Shown here: piece after piece, positions 61,900-64,000 of the stretch | Layout of the letters: the number at the start of each line of letters is the position of its first letter | Numbering within the stretch: position 1 is the stretch's first letter | Assembly (NCBI GenBank): GCA_044347745.1 | Contig: JBIKUD010000004.1 | Location: 2,132-66,131 of the forward strand | Direction of reading: 5' to 3' | Origin: Bdellovibrionota bacterium | Lineage (GTDB): Bacteria > Bdellovibrionota_C > UBA2361 > JAFLCA01 | Length of the DNA: 64,000 nucleotides | Program-made: the position numbers and the translations under genes | The notes under the pieces: model-generated | The model's database searches: none | What the model was told of the DNA's origin: nothing | Seen by the model: only the letters and a program-made list of their open reading frames with translations

Positions 61900-62130
61900 T
61901 TATGGGGCTTGCGGCCTCTCCTCTGAAATCATAGCCATAATCCGTTCTTTACCTTTCAGTTTTTTCAATTTCAATTTTTTGGCCTCAATCTCCTCTACGG
62001 ATGTCATAAACTTACGCTTTTCAAACCCCTCCAGAGCCTCTTCAAGCCGTTGATGCTCCTCATAAAGCCTTCGTAATGCCACATTCGTTTTGCTGGCTTC
62101 AAGTATTCGTTCTCTTTCCGTATTTTCCAT
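61900..62130 (-). CDS. DUF465 (YdcH-like) small coiled-coil protein
   Basis: 76-aa helical protein resembling DUF465 family (RLYEEHQRLEEALE...); stop abuts repeat copy 4. Confidence 0.5.
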   Translation of the reverse strand: MENTERERILEASKTNVALRRLYEEHQRLEEALEGFEKRKFMTSVEEIEAKKLKLKKLKGKERIMAMISEERPQAP

Positions 62131-62483
62131 TGGGCCATTCCTCCAATTTAAAGGATGGTTAAATAAAAACTACTTGTACACAATGCGAGGGATTACAGCG
62201 CTGAGACGTGATGAGAGGGGCTACAACATAAAGATTTTTGTGAAGAAGCGGGCTTACTGTCCGCATGCAGGAATCACCTCAAAAGTTCAGCCACATCACG
62301 AAGTACACTGCTCTCTTATTGTAAAAGTTGCGACGAAGAGCTGTCAAAAACTATTCAAAATGAGCTTGAAAGAATTTTCCGCTAGGCGCCAACTATCTGT
62401 AACTGTGCACTAAAATTATCGAATGCTCATTCTAGTATTCCGGTCTTTTATAACCAGGCGGAAGAAGATGGCTCCACTGCCCA

Positions 62484-63161
62484 TCAAGAAGGATAAAGGA
62501 CCACAAAACTTAAGTTTCGTCCTGCCGTTTTGCCCTCACGGCGGTAAGAGTGGAATGCCACATCTGAAATAGTACAGGCATTTGCTTTCCATATCATTTC
62601 TGGATCCACATACGACGACAGCACCATTGCGACGCTTGATTGCATGTCCAAGTAACATGAATTTGTTTGGGCGTCCGTTTTATATACCGCGCGAGACTCT
62701 CCAATATCTACAATTACCTCCCGCCCAACTTCATAACGCTGCCCTCCCGCACAGGGCCCGATTGAAGCCGAAGTGATTTTACCAAATTCAGAAAATAAAG
62801 CAGAACAAACCTGCTCAACAATTCCCTGAGCAAAACCCCGCCACCCAGCATGAATAAGTGCTACTCCGTTTTCTGCGGTTAAAATAATCGGCACACAGTC
62901 TGCCGTTTGAATGCCGAGGAGCACCGATTCAGGCACGCGCAAAGGAGCCAAAATTGCATCTGCCTCTCCGCCTGCTTGTTGCGGATAACGCAAGACAGAA
63001 TTTCCGTGTACCTGTATGGGCAGCAGCACAGACGAAGCCCCATGGGCAGTAGCCAAATTTCTTGTATGCTCAACATTTCGAGCATCAAAGGGCTTAGTGG
63101 TAAACCCATGCACCAAGTTTTGCTGCCCCAACAGCGGCGAAGTTAGCTTCGAAACACCCAT
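62484..63161 (-). CDS. yfiH: YfiH/PgeF family protein (purine nucleoside phosphorylase / peptidoglycan editing factor)
   Basis: Family motifs QVHG, TADCVPI, HAGWRG, cysteine-histidine site; 225 aa. Confidence 0.8.
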   Translation of the reverse strand: MGVSKLTSPLLGQQNLVHGFTTKPFDARNVEHTRNLATAHGASSVLLPIQVHGNSVLRYPQQAGGEADAILAPLRVPESVLLGIQTADCVPIILTAENGVALIHAGWRGFAQGIVEQVCSALFSEFGKITSASIGPCAGGQRYEVGREVIVDIGESRAVYKTDAQTNSCYLDMQSSVAMVLSSYVDPEMIWKANACTISDVAFHSYRREGKTAGRNLSFVVLYPS

Positions 63162-64000
63162 TTACGCACCACCAGTACCATCACCATAGCCCCTAAATAT
63201 CTCAATTAAATTGAGTAAATCTGGTGGCAGCGGAGATTCAAAACTATAGCGCTTTAAGTCTCCCGGGTGCACAAACGCCAAGCTTTGGGCATGCAGGGCT
63301 TGGCGCCCAAACGTATCCGCAGCCTCCTTTAATACTGACGGGAGACCAGAAAAGTCTCCGTACACTTTATCGCCAATAATTGGCGACTGAAGACTCGTCA
63401 AATGCACGCGAATCTGATGGGTACGACCAGTTCCCAGTACGAGATCCACCAACACCCCATACCCCAGACGTTCCCTGACCTTCCAATTAGTAATCGCAGG
63501 TTTTCCACCTGTCTCAAGTACTGCAAATTTTTTTCTATCCCTGGGGCTACGCCCAATTTGAGACTCTATTCGACCTTGGCTCTCCTTCCCAATTATTCGT
63601 GCACCGCGAGGTGTCCCAAACACAAGAGCGCAATAAGACCGGCTCACAGTGCGTTTGGCAAACTGTGCAGACAATCGCGCCAGCGAAAAGGCAGTTTTTG
63701 CTACTACCACAACTCCTGTAGTGTCCTTATCAAGCCGGTGCACAATGCCTGGCCTTACTCCCTCTCGAAAAAGCTCCGGCCTCGAACTACCAAAATGCGC
63801 TACTAAGGCATTAACTAATGTCTGGCTCTGGTTTCCAGCCCCCGGATGCATGGAAATTCCAGCTGGTTTATCTAGCACAATGAGCTCTTCATCCTCATGT
63901 AAAATATGCAGCGGAAATTCAAACGGGGGAGCCTGACTCGGCGCCTCCTGTGGTAAGCAGATACTAAGGTTTGAGCCAGATTTTACAGGAGTTCCAGCCT
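63162..64000 (-). CDS. RluA-family pseudouridine synthase (RluD-like), 5' part beyond right edge
   Basis: HRLDKDTTGVVVVAKT catalytic-Asp motif; reading frame stays open upstream of the track's GTG start (…HILHEDEELIVLDKPAG…) to position 64000. Confidence 0.8.
   Translation of the reverse strand, partial: AGTPVKSGSNLSICLPQEAPSQAPPFEFPLHILHEDEELIVLDKPAGISMHPGAGNQSQTLVNALVAHFGSSRPELFREGVRPGIVHRLDKDTTGVVVVAKTAFSLARLSAQFAKRTVSRSYCALVFGTPRGARIIGKESQGRIESQIGRSPRDRKKFAVLETGGKPAITNWKVRERLGYGVLVDLVLGTGRTHQIRVHLTSLQSPIIGDKVYGDFSGLPSVLKEAADTFGRQALHAQSLAFVHPGDLKRYSFESPLPPDLLNLIEIFRGYGDGTGGA

Noticed and set aside
63162-63878. The track's 238-aa RluA-family ORF as a complete gene
   Set aside because: The track's start is a GTG; the reading frame stays open upstream of it (…PLHILHEDEELIVLDKPAG…) to the window edge, and RluD-type enzymes have an N-terminal S4 domain. 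The gene is therefore truncated by the window, not complete.

Overview
The window is a 64 kb chromosomal segment from a Gram-negative bacterium, carrying LpxL-like, O-antigen-ligase-family, Wzx and many lipoprotein genes, at roughly 50% GC. It contains about 60 protein genes, one tRNA-Glu(UUC) and several intergenic elements.

**Housekeeping core.** The left end carries a TCA-cycle block on the minus strand (mdh-sdhC-sdhA-sdhB-sucC) and the gene order resembles delta-proteobacterial/Bdellovibrio-like genomes, though the lineage cannot be fixed from sequence alone. It is followed by a tandem SPFH (band-7) pair, an M23 peptidase, nadK-recN, a TlpA-like thiol-disulfide oxidoreductase, rpmE, an M24 Xaa-Pro aminopeptidase, hflX, a class I/II aminotransferase, an orphan histidine kinase, coaE, queG, a Yip1-family protein, a polyprenyl diphosphate synthase, yfiH/pgeF and an RluA-family pseudouridine synthase that runs off the right edge.

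**Accessory polysaccharide locus.** The central ~26 kb (26.3-52.4 kb) is a surface-polysaccharide/O-antigen-type locus with an unusual composition. It holds two paralogous WbuX/WbpG/PseA-family N-acetyl-sugar amidotransferases plus one HisH/HisF-like (WbuY/WbuZ-like) pair, a WbpM/PglF/CapD dehydratase, a DegT aminotransferase, a hexapeptide acetyltransferase, a Gfo/Idh/MocA dehydrogenase, a formyltransferase, a TylF-family O-methyltransferase, a split transketolase, an aldo-keto reductase and a PglC-type initiating phosphoglycosyltransferase. It also encodes Wzx, a Wzy_C/O-antigen-ligase-family membrane protein, a membrane desaturase-family protein, a 1092-aa protein with an N-terminal GT-C-like multi-TM domain and a ~590-aa unrecognisable C-terminal domain, and a secreted beta-helix-like protein. 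No classical GT-A or GT-B glycosyltransferase is visible in the locus.

**Repeat element.** The most striking non-coding signal is a ~270-490 bp repeated element present in four copies (15.25-15.74, 44.16-44.49, 52.69-53.03 and 61.63-61.90 kb), two on each strand. Its core is conserved and contains two hairpins whose stems show compensatory base changes between copies. Two copies are flanked by perfect 29-bp and 39-bp direct repeats. Every copy abuts or overlaps the 3' end of a convergently transcribed gene in the same relative orientation, and in two cases the element supplies the last codons and the stop of that gene. I could not assign it to any known RNA or insertion-element family from memory.

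**Other curiosities.** These include a CbiA-like protein that appears to have lost both its P-loop and its amidotransferase cysteine, a methyltransferase with an RlmL-like motif I but no THUMP domain, and an HflX with a long N-terminal extension.
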